A DNA stretch of 32,000 bases from Mycobacterium tuberculosis H37Rv (GTDB lineage: Bacteria > Actinomycetota > Actinomycetes > Mycobacteriales > Mycobacteriaceae), in contig NC_000962.3 in NCBI RefSeq assembly GCF_000195955.2, positions 600,001-632,000 on the forward strand. Reading direction: 5' to 3'. The notes under the pieces were generated by a model. That model was not told where the DNA came from and searched no databases. It saw only the letters and a program-made list of their open reading frames with translations. Both the position numbers and the translations under genes were made by a program. Each line of letters begins with the position of its first letter. Position 1 is the stretch's first letter. Shown here one piece after another: positions 16,846 to 25,561 of this stretch.

Positions 16846-17496
16846 ATGCAGAGCAGAGCGACCAGAAGGAGCGGCGCTTTGACCATGCGCCGGCTGGTGA
16901 TCGCCGCAGCGGTATCGGCATTGCTGCTCACCGGCTGTTCCGGGCGCGACGCCGTCGCCCAAGGCGGCACGTTCGAATTCGTCTCGCCCGGCGGAAAGAC
17001 CGACATCTTCTACGATCCGCCTGCCAGCCGCGGCCGCCCGGGCCCACTGTCTGGGCCGGAGCTGGCGGATCCGGCGCGCAGTGTGTCGCTGGACGACTTC
17101 CCTGGGCAGGTCGTCGTCGTCAACGTGTGGGGGCAATGGTGTGGGCCGTGCCGGGCCGAGGTCAGCCAACTACAGCGGGTGTATGACGCCACCCGAGGTG
17201 CGGGTGTGTCGTTCCTCGGGATCGACGTGCGCGACAACAACCGCCAGGCGCCCCAGGACTTCATCAACGACCGGCATGTGACGTACCCGTCGATCTATGA
17301 CCCGGCGATGCGCACCTTGATCGCATTCGGTGGCAAATACCCCACCAGCGTCATTCCGTCCACGCTGGTGCTGGACCGTCAGCACCGGGTCGCGGCGGTG
17401 TTTCTGCGCGAATTGCTGGCTGCGGACCTGCAGCCGGTGGTCGAGCGGGTGGCCGAGGAGGAGCCGTCGGGTCGGGCTCCGGTGGGGGCGCAATGA
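16846..17496 (+). CDS. Thioredoxin-fold thiol:disulfide oxidoreductase lipoprotein, ResA/TlpA-like (Rv0526-like)
   Basis: ORF 16828-17496. Candidate starts are TTG 16828, ATG 16846 (216 aa) and ATG 16885. The lipobox is LLLTGCSG. The active site is VNVWGQWCGPCRAE. Confidence 0.85.
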   Translation: MQSRATRRSGALTMRRLVIAAAVSALLLTGCSGRDAVAQGGTFEFVSPGGKTDIFYDPPASRGRPGPLSGPELADPARSVSLDDFPGQVVVVNVWGQWCGPCRAEVSQLQRVYDATRGAGVSFLGIDVRDNNRQAPQDFINDRHVTYPSIYDPAMRTLIAFGGKYPTSVIPSTLVLDRQHRVAAVFLRELLAADLQPVVERVAEEEPSGRAPVGAQ

Positions 17497-18272
17497 CCGG
17501 GTTCACCGAGATTGCCGCGGTGGGGCCACTGCTGGTGGCGGTGGGGGTATGTCTGCTGGCTGGTCTGGTGTCGTTCGCCTCACCATGTGTGGTGCCGCTG
17601 GTGCCCGGCTACCTGTCGTATCTGGCGGCCGTCGTTGGGGTGGACGAGCAGCTGCCGGCCGGCGTCGTCAAACCCCCGGTGGCTGCCCGCTGGCGGGTCG
17701 CCGGATCGGCGGCGCTGTTCGTGGCGGGGTTCACGACGGTGTTCGTGCTGGGCACCGTCGCCGTCTTGGGCATGACCACCACGCTGATCACGAATCAGCT
17801 GCTGCTGCAGCGGGTCGGAGGCGTGCTGATCGTCGTCATGGGCCTGGTGTTCGTGGGGTTCATCGGAGCCCTGCAGCGCCAGGCGAGGTTCACGCCGCGC
17901 CAGTTGACGAGCGTAGCGGGGGCGCCGGTGCTTGGCGCGGTGTTCGCGCTCGGCTGGACACCGTGCCTGGGGCCGACGCTGACCGGGGTGATCACCGTTG
18001 CCTCGGCCACCGAGGGTGCCAGCGTGGCGCGTGGGATCGTGCTGGTGATTGCCTATTGCCTGGGGCTGGGGATTCCGTTCGTGCTTTTGGCGTTCGGTTC
18101 GGCGTGGGCGGTGGCGGGCCTGGGCTGGCTGCGCCGGCACACCAGGGCCATCCAGATCTTCGGCGGGGCGCTGCTGATCGCGGTCGGTGCCGCGCTGGTC
18201 ACCGGGGTGTGGAACGACGTCGTGTCGTGGCTGCGCGACGCCTTCGTTTCCGACGTGAGGTTGCCGATTTGA
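17493..18272 (+). CDS. ccdA: Cytochrome c biogenesis thiol-reductant transporter CcdA (DsbD-core family)
   Basis: ORF 17493-18272 (259 aa); ATGA overlap with the upstream stop. It has six hydrophobic helices and the two conserved Cys motifs FASPCVVPLVPGY and GWTPCLGPTL. Confidence 0.9.
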   Translation: MTGFTEIAAVGPLLVAVGVCLLAGLVSFASPCVVPLVPGYLSYLAAVVGVDEQLPAGVVKPPVAARWRVAGSAALFVAGFTTVFVLGTVAVLGMTTTLITNQLLLQRVGGVLIVVMGLVFVGFIGALQRQARFTPRQLTSVAGAPVLGAVFALGWTPCLGPTLTGVITVASATEGASVARGIVLVIAYCLGLGIPFVLLAFGSAWAVAGLGWLRRHTRAIQIFGGALLIAVGAALVTGVWNDVVSWLRDAFVSDVRLPI

Positions 18273-18304
18273 GTGGGCAGGGTGCCGCGCAAAAGGCGCG
18301 CAAC

Positions 18305-19894
18305 ATGTGGCGGTCGTTGACGTCGATGGGCACCGCGCTGGTGCTGCTGTTTTTGCTCGCGCTGGCTGCCATACCCGGGGCCCTGCTGCCGCAGCGTGGC
18401 CTCAACGCCGCCAAGGTGGACGACTACCTGGCCGCGCACCCACTCATCGGTCCGTGGCTGGACGAGCTGCAGGCCTTCGACGTGTTCTCCAGCTTCTGGT
18501 TCACCGCCATCTACGTGCTGCTGTTCGTGTCCCTCGTCGGCTGTCTGGCCCCGCGGACGATCGAGCACGCCCGCAGCCTGCGGGCTACACCGGTCGCCGC
18601 CCCGCGCAACCTGGCCCGGCTGCCCAAGCACGCCCACGCCCGGCTGGCCGGCGAGCCCGCCGCCCTGGCCGCCACCATCACGGGCCGGCTGCGCGGCTGG
18701 CGCAGCATCACCCGGCAACAAGGCGACAGCGTGGAAGTCTCCGCCGAGAAGGGCTACCTGCGCGAGTTCGGCAACCTGGTGTTCCACTTCGCGCTGCTGG
18801 GTCTGCTGGTGGCGGTGGCCGTCGGCAAGCTGTTCGGCTACGAGGGCAACGTGATCGTGATAGCCGACGGCGGACCCGGTTTTTGTTCGGCGTCGCCGGC
18901 CGCGTTCGACTCGTTTCGCGCCGGCAACACCGTCGACGGCACGTCGTTGCACCCGATCTGTGTGCGGGTCAACAACTTCCAAGCGCACTACCTGCCGTCC
19001 GGGCAGGCCACCTCGTTCGCCGCCGACATCGACTATCAGGCCGACCCGGCCACTGCTGACCTGATCGCCAACAGCTGGCGGCCCTACCGGCTGCAGGTCA
19101 ATCACCCGCTGCGGGTCGGCGGCGACCGGGTGTACCTGCAGGGCCACGGCTATGCGCCCACCTTCACCGTGACGTTCCCGGACGGGCAGACCCGCACGTC
19201 GACCGTGCAGTGGCGACCCGACAACCCGCAGACCCTGCTGTCGGCGGGCGTCGTGCGCATCGACCCGCCGGCCGGCAGCTACCCCAACCCCGACGAGCGT
19301 CGCAAACACCAGATCGCCATCCAGGGCCTGCTGGCTCCCACCGAGCAGCTCGACGGCACCCTGCTGTCGTCGCGTTTCCCCGCGCTCAATGCCCCGGCGG
19401 TGGCCATCGACATCTACCGCGGCGACACCGGCCTGGACAGCGGGCGGCCCCAGTCGTTGTTCACCCTGGACCACCGGCTGATCGAGCAGGGCCGGCTGGT
19501 CAAGGAAAAGCGGGTCAACCTGCGCGCCGGTCAGCAAGTCCGCATCGACCAAGGCCCGGCGGCCGGCACGGTGGTCCGGTTCGACGGCGCGGTGCCGTTC
19601 GTCAACCTGCAGGTCTCCCACGACCCCGGCCAGTCCTGGGTGCTGGTCTTCGCAATCACGATGATGGCGGGACTGCTGGTGTCGCTGCTGGTGCGCAGGC
19701 GCCGGGTGTGGGCGCGGATCACGCCGACGACCGCGGGTACGGTAAACGTCGAGCTGGGCGGCCTGACGCGCACCGACAACTCCGGGTGGGGCGCCGAGTT
19801 CGAGCGGCTGACCGGGCGGTTGCTGGCGGGTTTTGAGGCGCGGTCCCCGGACATGGCCGAAGCGGCCGCAGGGACCGGAAGGGACGTCGATTGA
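18305..19894 (+). CDS. resB: Cytochrome c biogenesis protein ResB/CcsB (System II; Rv0528-like)
   Basis: This is the C-terminal 529 codons of the 854-aa ORF 17330-19894. Family similarity begins at MWRSLTSMGTALVLLFLLALAAIPGALLPQ (ATG 18305; in-frame TTG 18269 is also possible). It has a large extracytoplasmic domain and a C-terminal TM helix, SWVLVFAITMMAGLLVSLLV. Confidence 0.88.
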   Translation: MWRSLTSMGTALVLLFLLALAAIPGALLPQRGLNAAKVDDYLAAHPLIGPWLDELQAFDVFSSFWFTAIYVLLFVSLVGCLAPRTIEHARSLRATPVAAPRNLARLPKHAHARLAGEPAALAATITGRLRGWRSITRQQGDSVEVSAEKGYLREFGNLVFHFALLGLLVAVAVGKLFGYEGNVIVIADGGPGFCSASPAAFDSFRAGNTVDGTSLHPICVRVNNFQAHYLPSGQATSFAADIDYQADPATADLIANSWRPYRLQVNHPLRVGGDRVYLQGHGYAPTFTVTFPDGQTRTSTVQWRPDNPQTLLSAGVVRIDPPAGSYPNPDERRKHQIAIQGLLAPTEQLDGTLLSSRFPALNAPAVAIDIYRGDTGLDSGRPQSLFTLDHRLIEQGRLVKEKRVNLRAGQQVRIDQGPAAGTVVRFDGAVPFVNLQVSHDPGQSWVLVFAITMMAGLLVSLLVRRRRVWARITPTTAGTVNVELGGLTRTDNSGWGAEFERLTGRLLAGFEARSPDMAEAAAGTGRDVD

Positions 19895-20865
19895 ACACGC
19901 TGCACGTCAACGTCGGCCTGGCCCGCTACTCCGACTGGGCGTTCACCTCGGCCGTGGTGGCGCTGGTGGTCGCGCTGCTGCTGCTGGCGTTCGAGTTCGC
20001 CCAGGTTCGCGGTCGCGGACTCGCGCCGCTGGCCGTGCCGGCCGGATCGGTGGCCACCGATAGCGCTACCCCTGGGATCGTGGCGGACCAACGGCACCGG
20101 CCGTTCGACGAACGCGTCGGGCGGGGCGGGCTGGCCGTCGCCTATCTGGGCATCGGGCTACTGCTGGCGTGCGTCGTGCTGCGCGGCCTGGCCACCCAGC
20201 GGGTGCCGTGGGGCAACATGTACGAGTTCATCAACCTGACCTGCTTGTCCGGGCTCATCGCCGGCGCGGTCGTGCTGCGCCGTGCGCGATACCGGCCGCT
20301 GTGGGTCTTCCTGCTGGTCCCGGTGCTGATCCTGCTCACCGTGTCCGGACGCTGGCTCTACGCCAATGCCGCCCCGGTGATGCCGGCACTGCAGTCCTAC
20401 TGGCTGCCCATTCATGTGTCGGTGGTCAGCCTCGGTTCTGGGGTATTCCTGGTCGCCGGTGTCGCCAGCATCCTGTTCCTTGTGCGCACATCGCGGCTGG
20501 GTGAGCCAACCGGTGAAGGCGCGCTGGCGGGTATGGTGCGGCGGCTCCCCGATGCCCAAACCCTGGACGGAATCGCCTACCGGACCACGATCTTCGCCTT
20601 CCCCGTTTTCGGCTTCGGGGTGATATTCGGTGCCATCTGGGCCGAGGAAGCCTGGGGCCGCTACTGGGGCTGGGACCCCAAGGAGACGGTGTCCTTCGTC
20701 GCGTGGGTGGTGTACGCGGCGTACCTGCACGCGCGGTCAACGGCGGGTTGGCGGGACCGCAAGGCCGCCTGGATCAATGTCGCCGGCTTCGTGGCCATGG
20801 TCTTCAATCTGTTCTTCGTTAACCTGGTGACCGTCGGCCTGCACTCGTATGCGGGCGTGGGCTGA
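19891..20865 (+). CDS. ccsA: Cytochrome c biogenesis heme-handling protein CcsA/ResC
   Basis: ORF 19891-20865 (324 aa). The TTG start overlaps the resB stop (TTGA). It is polytopic and has the Trp-rich WWD-type motif WGRYWGWDPKETVSF. Confidence 0.9.
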   Translation: MNTLHVNVGLARYSDWAFTSAVVALVVALLLLAFEFAQVRGRGLAPLAVPAGSVATDSATPGIVADQRHRPFDERVGRGGLAVAYLGIGLLLACVVLRGLATQRVPWGNMYEFINLTCLSGLIAGAVVLRRARYRPLWVFLLVPVLILLTVSGRWLYANAAPVMPALQSYWLPIHVSVVSLGSGVFLVAGVASILFLVRTSRLGEPTGEGALAGMVRRLPDAQTLDGIAYRTTIFAFPVFGFGVIFGAIWAEEAWGRYWGWDPKETVSFVAWVVYAAYLHARSTAGWRDRKAAWINVAGFVAMVFNLFFVNLVTVGLHSYAGVG

Positions 20866-20906
20866 CCGTTCGTCTGCAACCGACCCGAGGACCGCAGCAA
20901 GGGGGA

Positions 20907-22124
20907 GTGCTGGTGACCGAGCATCCGAGGACGGGCGTGGGAGCCCCCGATAGCGGCAACGGCGGCACGGATCATCCGACCGTGCAGTTGCCGCCCGTGC
21001 CATCCGTGGGGGCACCACCGGCTGCGGCCGGTGGTGAAACACCGACTAGGTCAGTTGCGGGATTCCGCACCCAGCGGCTCGACCCGACGGCCTACGGCGC
21101 CTACTACAGCGGCCCCGATGAGGGCCCGGCCAGCCCGGCTGAAAGGCCGCCGTATCGTCTCGAGCCGGTGCCCCATACGCCGTATCCGGAACTGGCCACC
21201 ACCACGCTGCTGAGGCCGGTCAAGCCGCCACCGTCGGAAGGCTGGCGTCGGTTGCTCTATCTGCTGTCGGGTCGGCTGATCAACGCCGGGGAAGGCCCTC
21301 GGGCCGCGCACCTCAACGACCTGGTCGCTCAGGTCAACCGCCCGCTGCGCGGCTGCTACCGGATCGCGGTGTTGTCGTTGAAAGGGGGTGTCGGCAAGAC
21401 CACGATCACCGCGACCCTGGGGGCCACCTTTGCCGACCTGCGCGGTGACCGGGTTGTCGCGGTCGACGCCAATCCCGACCGCGGCACACTGAGCCAAAAG
21501 GTCCCGCTCGAGACGCCGGCCACGGTGCGGCACCTGCTGCGCGACGCCGACGGCATCGAGCGCTACAGCGACGTTCGCGGCTACACATCGAAGGGACCCA
21601 GCGGGCTGGAAGTGCTGGCATCGGACAGTGATCCGGCCTCCTCGGACGCATTCAGCGCCGACGACTACACCCGCACCCTGGACATTCTGGAGCGGTTCTA
21701 CGGCCTGGTGCTCACCGACTGCGGTACCGGGTTGCTGCACTCGGCGATGTCGGCGGTTCTGCCTAGGTCCGACGTACTGGTCGTGGTCAGCTCGGGGTCC
21801 ATCGACGGCGCCCGCAGCGCCGCGGCGACGCTGGACTGGCTGCAGGCCCACGGCCACGACGACCAGGTGCGCAACTCGATCGCCGTCGTCAACGCGGTGC
21901 GGCCGCGCGCGGGCAAGGTCGACGTGGGCAAGGTCGTCGAGCACTTCTCCAGGCGTTGCCGTGCGGTGCGCGTGGTGCCGTTCGACCCACACCTCGAAGA
22001 AGGCGCCGAAATCGCGCTGGATCGGTTGCGGCGGGAGACCCGCGAAGCGCTCACCGAACTGGCAGCGGTGGTGGCCGCTGGATTCCCCGGCGACCCGCGG
22101 CGCTGCAAACCGAGCTTCACCTAG
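20907..22124 (+). CDS. ParA/MinD-like P-loop ATPase with Pro-rich N-terminal extension (Rv0530-like)
   Basis: ORF 20907-22124 (405 aa), GTG start with AAGGGGGAG upstream. The deviant Walker A is SLKGGVGKTT, with VVAVDANPDRG and the Walker B-like LVLTDCGTG. The first ~150 aa are Pro/Gly-rich and low-complexity. Confidence 0.8.
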   Translation: MLVTEHPRTGVGAPDSGNGGTDHPTVQLPPVPSVGAPPAAAGGETPTRSVAGFRTQRLDPTAYGAYYSGPDEGPASPAERPPYRLEPVPHTPYPELATTTLLRPVKPPPSEGWRRLLYLLSGRLINAGEGPRAAHLNDLVAQVNRPLRGCYRIAVLSLKGGVGKTTITATLGATFADLRGDRVVAVDANPDRGTLSQKVPLETPATVRHLLRDADGIERYSDVRGYTSKGPSGLEVLASDSDPASSDAFSADDYTRTLDILERFYGLVLTDCGTGLLHSAMSAVLPRSDVLVVVSSGSIDGARSAAATLDWLQAHGHDDQVRNSIAVVNAVRPRAGKVDVGKVVEHFSRRCRAVRVVPFDPHLEEGAEIALDRLRRETREALTELAAVVAAGFPGDPRRCKPSFT

Positions 22125-22282
22125 GAACGGTTATTGTCCCCGTGCCCCAACCGCCGCAGGAACTCTGGATCGTCGTCGGGCCCGATGACGCGAGTCTTGG
22201 GCCGGTTCATCTGTGCCCGTGCAGCGCGCCAGCCAAGGTAGATCAGCGTCGCCAAAATCAGCACGAGGAGCAGGTAGAGCAC
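22121..22282 (-). CDS. Small single-TM protein, 53 aa (VLYLLLVLILATLIYLGWRAARAQMNRPKTRVIGPDDDPEFLRRLGHGDNNRS); below the ORF-track cutoff; probably the Rv0530A-type gene
   Basis: GTG 22282 is preceded by a perfect AAGGAGG, with a 6-nt spacer. It has an N-terminal hydrophobic helix, a basic/acidic tail and high third-position GC. Its TAG stop overlaps the stop of the ParA-like gene in a shared CTAG (22121-22124). Confidence 0.6.
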   Translation of the reverse strand: MLYLLLVLILATLIYLGWRAARAQMNRPKTRVIGPDDDPEFLRRLGHGDNNRS

Positions 22283-22316
22283 TCGACACCTCCTTGGACC
22301 GAATATACCCGCGCCG

Positions 22317-22322
22317 TAGGCT
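22317..22322 (+). promoter_or_regulatory. -10 hexamer TAGGCT (TANNNT) placed for a leaderless transcript starting at GTG 22329
   Basis: The last T of the hexamer is 7 nt upstream of the G of the start codon. There is no SD-like purine run between them. This geometry matches what is described for mycobacterial leaderless genes. Confidence 0.35.
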
Positions 22323-22328
22323 CAGGCT

Positions 22329-22646
22329 GTGTCAGAAGCGCCTAACGACAAGACCACTCGGGGTGTTGTCGACATACTGGTCTATGCGACGGCGCGGCTG
22401 CTGCTGGTGGTGGCGGTCAGCGCAGCGATTTTCGGGGTCGCGCGACTGATCGGGTTGACCGAATTCCCCGTTGTCGTGGCCACGCTGTTCGGGCTGATCA
22501 TCGCGATGCCGTTGGGCATTTGGGTGTTCAGCCCGCTGCGGCGGCGCGCCACGGCCGCGCTCGCGGTGGCCGGTGAGCGTCGGCGCGCCGAGCGGGAACG
22601 GCTGCGGGCCCGGCTGCGTGGCGAGTCGCTACCCGAAGAACAGTGA
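22329..22646 (+). CDS. Small two-TM membrane protein (Rv0531-like; DUF4229-type from memory)
   Basis: ORF 22329-22646 (105 aa). Two hydrophobic helices (LLLVVAVSAAIFGVARLIGL, VVVATLFGLIIAMPLGIWVF) are followed by an Arg/Glu-rich tail. Confidence 0.72.
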   Translation: MSEAPNDKTTRGVVDILVYATARLLLVVAVSAAIFGVARLIGLTEFPVVVATLFGLIIAMPLGIWVFSPLRRRATAALAVAGERRRAERERLRARLRGESLPEEQ

Positions 22647-22792
22647 GCGCGGGGCGCCTGGTAGTCGGCATTGTGCACAAGTGGGTTGGGCATTCAGCAC
22701 AGTGTTTGCGCTGATCGTGGCGATTCGCCTCGGCCGCGATTGGCGGCTCCTAACGTTGGCTGCACCGGGTGTGGGTTGCGGGAAGGTGTGCG

Positions 22793-24577
22793 ATGTCTAA
22801 TTTGCTGGTAACCCCGGAGCTGGTGGCGGCTGCGGCGGCGGATTTGGCGGGTATTGGGTCGGCTATCGGTGCGGCCAATGCGGCGGCCGGGGCCCCGACG
22901 ATGGCGCTGTTGGCCGCCGGTGCCGATGAGGTGTCGGCGGCGGTGGCGGCCGTGTTTTCCTCCTACGCCCAGCAATATCAGGCGCTGAGCGCTGCGGCGG
23001 CGGCGTTTCACGACCAGTTCGTGCGGGCGTTGGCCGCGGGTGCGGGTGCGTATGCGGGCGCCGAGGCCGCCAACGTGGAGCAGCAGTTGCTGAACGCGAT
23101 CAATGCGCCCACCCTCGCGTTGTTGGGGCGGCCGCTGATCGGCAACGGCGCCGACGGGGCGGCCGGGACCGGTCAGGCCGGCGGGGCAGGCGGGCTGTTG
23201 TACGGCAACGGCGGTAACGGCGGGTCGGGTGCGGCCGGGCAGGCCGGCGGGGCCGGCGGCGCCGCCGGGCTGATCGGCCACGGCGGGACCGGCGGGGCCG
23301 TCACCGGGGTCAGCACCACCGGCGGGCCGGGCGGTCACGGCGGTGACGCCGGCCTGTACGGGTTTGGCGGGGCCGGTGGCGCGGGTGGGTTCGGCCAGAG
23401 CGGGGCGGCCGGCGGGGCCGGTGGGGCCGGTGGGTGGTTGTACGGCGACGGCGGCGACGGCGGCGCAGGCGACAACGGCGGTAACGAGTCCGGCACCGGC
23501 GTCAGTGCCGTTGGGGGTGTGGGTGGGGCCGGTGGTGCTGGTGGGTTGTTGTTCGGTAACGGCGGCGACGGCGGCGTCGGCGGCGACGGCGGCGACGGCA
23601 GCAGCACCCAGGATTCCGGTGGTGATGGGGGTGCGGGTGGGGCCGGTGGTGCTGGTGGGTGGTTGCTTGGTAATGGGGGGGCCGGCGGGGCCGGCGGGGC
23701 CGCCTCAATCAAGGTTGCCACTGGTGGGCTGGGTGGTGATGGTGGCGATGCCGGGCTGTTCGGGTTTGGTGGGGACGGCGGCTGGGGCGGACGCGGAGTG
23801 GATGCTCGATTCGGTGCGGCTGGGGGTGCCGCTGGGGCCGGCGGTGCGGGCGGGTGGTTGTACGGCGATGGCGGCGCCGGCGGCGTCGGCGGTGTCGGCG
23901 GTGCTGTCTTCAGCCTTTCCTCCGGTGACGGCGGGGCCGGCGGGGCCGGTGGCGGTGGTGGGTGGTTGTTCGGTAACGGCGGCGACGGCGGCGCCGGTGG
24001 CGGCGGCGGTGGCCGCTTCGGCAGCGGCAGCGGTGCCGGTGGTGATGGGGCTGTCGGTGGGGCCGGTGGTGCGGGCGCGTGGTTCGGCAACGGTGGCGCC
24101 GGCGGCGTCGGCGGCGGCGGTGGCCGCGGCACCACCGCCATCGGTGGCGACGGGGGTGCCGGTGGGGCCGGTGGTGCGGGTGGGTGGTTGTACGGCGACG
24201 GCGGCGCCGGCGGTGCCGGCGGCGGTGGTGGCCGCGGCGGCACCGGCAACGATGGTGGCGACGGCGGGGACGGCGGCCGCGGCGGTGATGCCCAGCTGCT
24301 TGGCAACGGCGGTGACGGCGGGGCCGGCGGGGCCGGCGGGCCCGCCGGGTTGGCGCTTCCCCCGGGGCCGGCGCGGCCGGCGGGGGCGGCGGTGCCGGCG
24401 GTTCGCTGTTCGGCAGCCCCGGCACGACCGGCCCGCACGGCTGATCCCTGGCTAGCGCCGATCTTCGCGCGCTCAACCCTTCGGCATTCGCACCACCTGG
24501 GCGGCATAGCTCAGACCGGCGCCGTAGCCGATCAACAGGGCCAGATCGCCGGGCTTGGCCGCGCCGGTCGTCAGTAA
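22793..24577 (+). CDS. PE_PGRS6: PE-PGRS family protein (PE_PGRS6)
   Basis: It lies within ORF 22769-24577. ATG 22793 has GGAAGG upstream. The PE domain is [32 protein letters not shown]...YAGAEAAN, and the linker is [11 protein letters not shown]. Hundreds of GGAGG/GGNGG repeats follow. The 3' ~75 codons are out of character (see findings). Confidence 0.9.
23126..24444 (+). repeat. PGRS polymorphic GC-rich repetitive region (GGC GGN GCC type triplet/nonamer repeats)
   Basis: Imperfect GGCGGGGCCGGCGGG-type repeats run continuously and encode Gly-Gly-Ala/Asn. All three forward frames and the reverse frames are open across this region. Confidence 0.9.
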
Positions 24578-25480
24578 TTCGGCCATCGCGAGCGGAATGG
24601 AGGCCGCCGAGGTGTTTCCGGTGTGCTCGATATCGTTGGCGACCACCGCGTCGGGCCGCAACTGCAGGTTCTTGACCAGCAGCTCGTTGATGCGGCTATT
24701 GGCCTGATGAGGGACGAACACGTCTATCTGGTCGGGTCGCACCCCGGCGGCGTCCATCGCGCGCCGACCGACGTCGCCCATTTTGAACGCTGCCCAACGG
24801 AAGACCGCGGGACCTTCGAGCCGCACAAACGGGCGTGGGCCGCTGGGATTCTGGGCGAAAGTGATCCAGTCGATGTCCTGCCGTATGGCATCGGCCTGTT
24901 CGCCGTCGCTACCCGCCACGGTTGGTCCAATGCCTTGAAACGGTGTCTCGCCCACCACCACTGCGGCCGCGCCGTCGGCGAAGATGAAGCAGTTGCCGCG
25001 GTCGTACATGTCTATCGTGGGGGACAGTTTTTCCGTGCCGACCACCAGCATCGTGGCCGCACCTCCGCCCCGGATCATGTCGGCCGCTGCGCCAAGCGCA
25101 TATCCGAATCCGGCGCACCCCGCCGAAAGATCGAACCCGAGTATGCCCTTGGCGCCCAGCGACGCCGCGACCATTGGGGCGGCCGGCGGGGTTTGCAGGA
25201 AATGGGTGTTGGTGGTGACGATCACGCCATCGATGTCGGCCGCCGACAGGCCGGCGTTCGACAGTGCCCGTCGACAGGCCTCAGTCGCCATGGAAGCCGC
25301 CGACTCGTCGTCGGCGGCGAATCGGCGGGTCTTGATGCCGGTTCGGGTGTAGATCCACTCGTCGGACGAGTCGATGTGCTGGCATATCTCGTCGTTGGTG
25401 ACCACGCGTTCGGGCCGGTACGCCCCGACACTGAGCAGCCCGACGCTCCTGGCGCCGCTGGTCGTGGCGATCTCCGTCAT
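24473..25480 (-). CDS. fabH: Beta-ketoacyl-ACP synthase III
   Basis: ORF 24473-25480 (335 aa). The KAS III catalytic triad context is Cys in [13 protein letters not shown], His in VPHQANSRI and Asn in [15 protein letters not shown] lies upstream of the ATG. Confidence 0.94.
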
Positions 25481-25561
25481 ACCCGTCCTATCTGTTCTCG
25501 TCGAGTGTGCACCTACGGCGACGACACGCCGACGGAGCCCGCCCTGAGTGCACGTTCGAAG

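Noticed and set aside
17330-18304. N-terminal 325 codons of the 854-aa ORF that ends as resB
   Set aside because: This part overlaps the ResA-like gene and all of ccdA in a different frame and is Arg/Gly-rich nonsense. ResB-family sequence begins only at MWRSLTSMG (18305).
18053-19621. 522-aa ORF on the minus strand
   Set aside because: It is antisense to resB. The composition is Arg/Gly/Gln-rich and I recognised no motifs.
21051-21992. 313-aa ORF on the minus strand
   Set aside because: It is antisense to the ParA-like ATPase, whose Walker motifs fix the coding strand.
22671-22680. Perfect 10-bp palindromes: TTGTGCACAA upstream of PE_PGRS6, and TTTCGCGAAA at 11108-11117
   Set aside because: A perfect 10-bp palindrome is expected about once per kb by chance, or roughly 30 per window. 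There is no second copy or half-site pattern to support an operator.
23335-24507. 390-aa poly-Pro/Ala ORF on the minus strand, plus other Arg-rich ORFs in the same span (23343-24455 +, 23910-24476 -)
   Set aside because: These are mirror or shifted readings of the GGC/GCC-rich PGRS repeats, where every frame is open. Only the frame continuous with the PE domain is credible.
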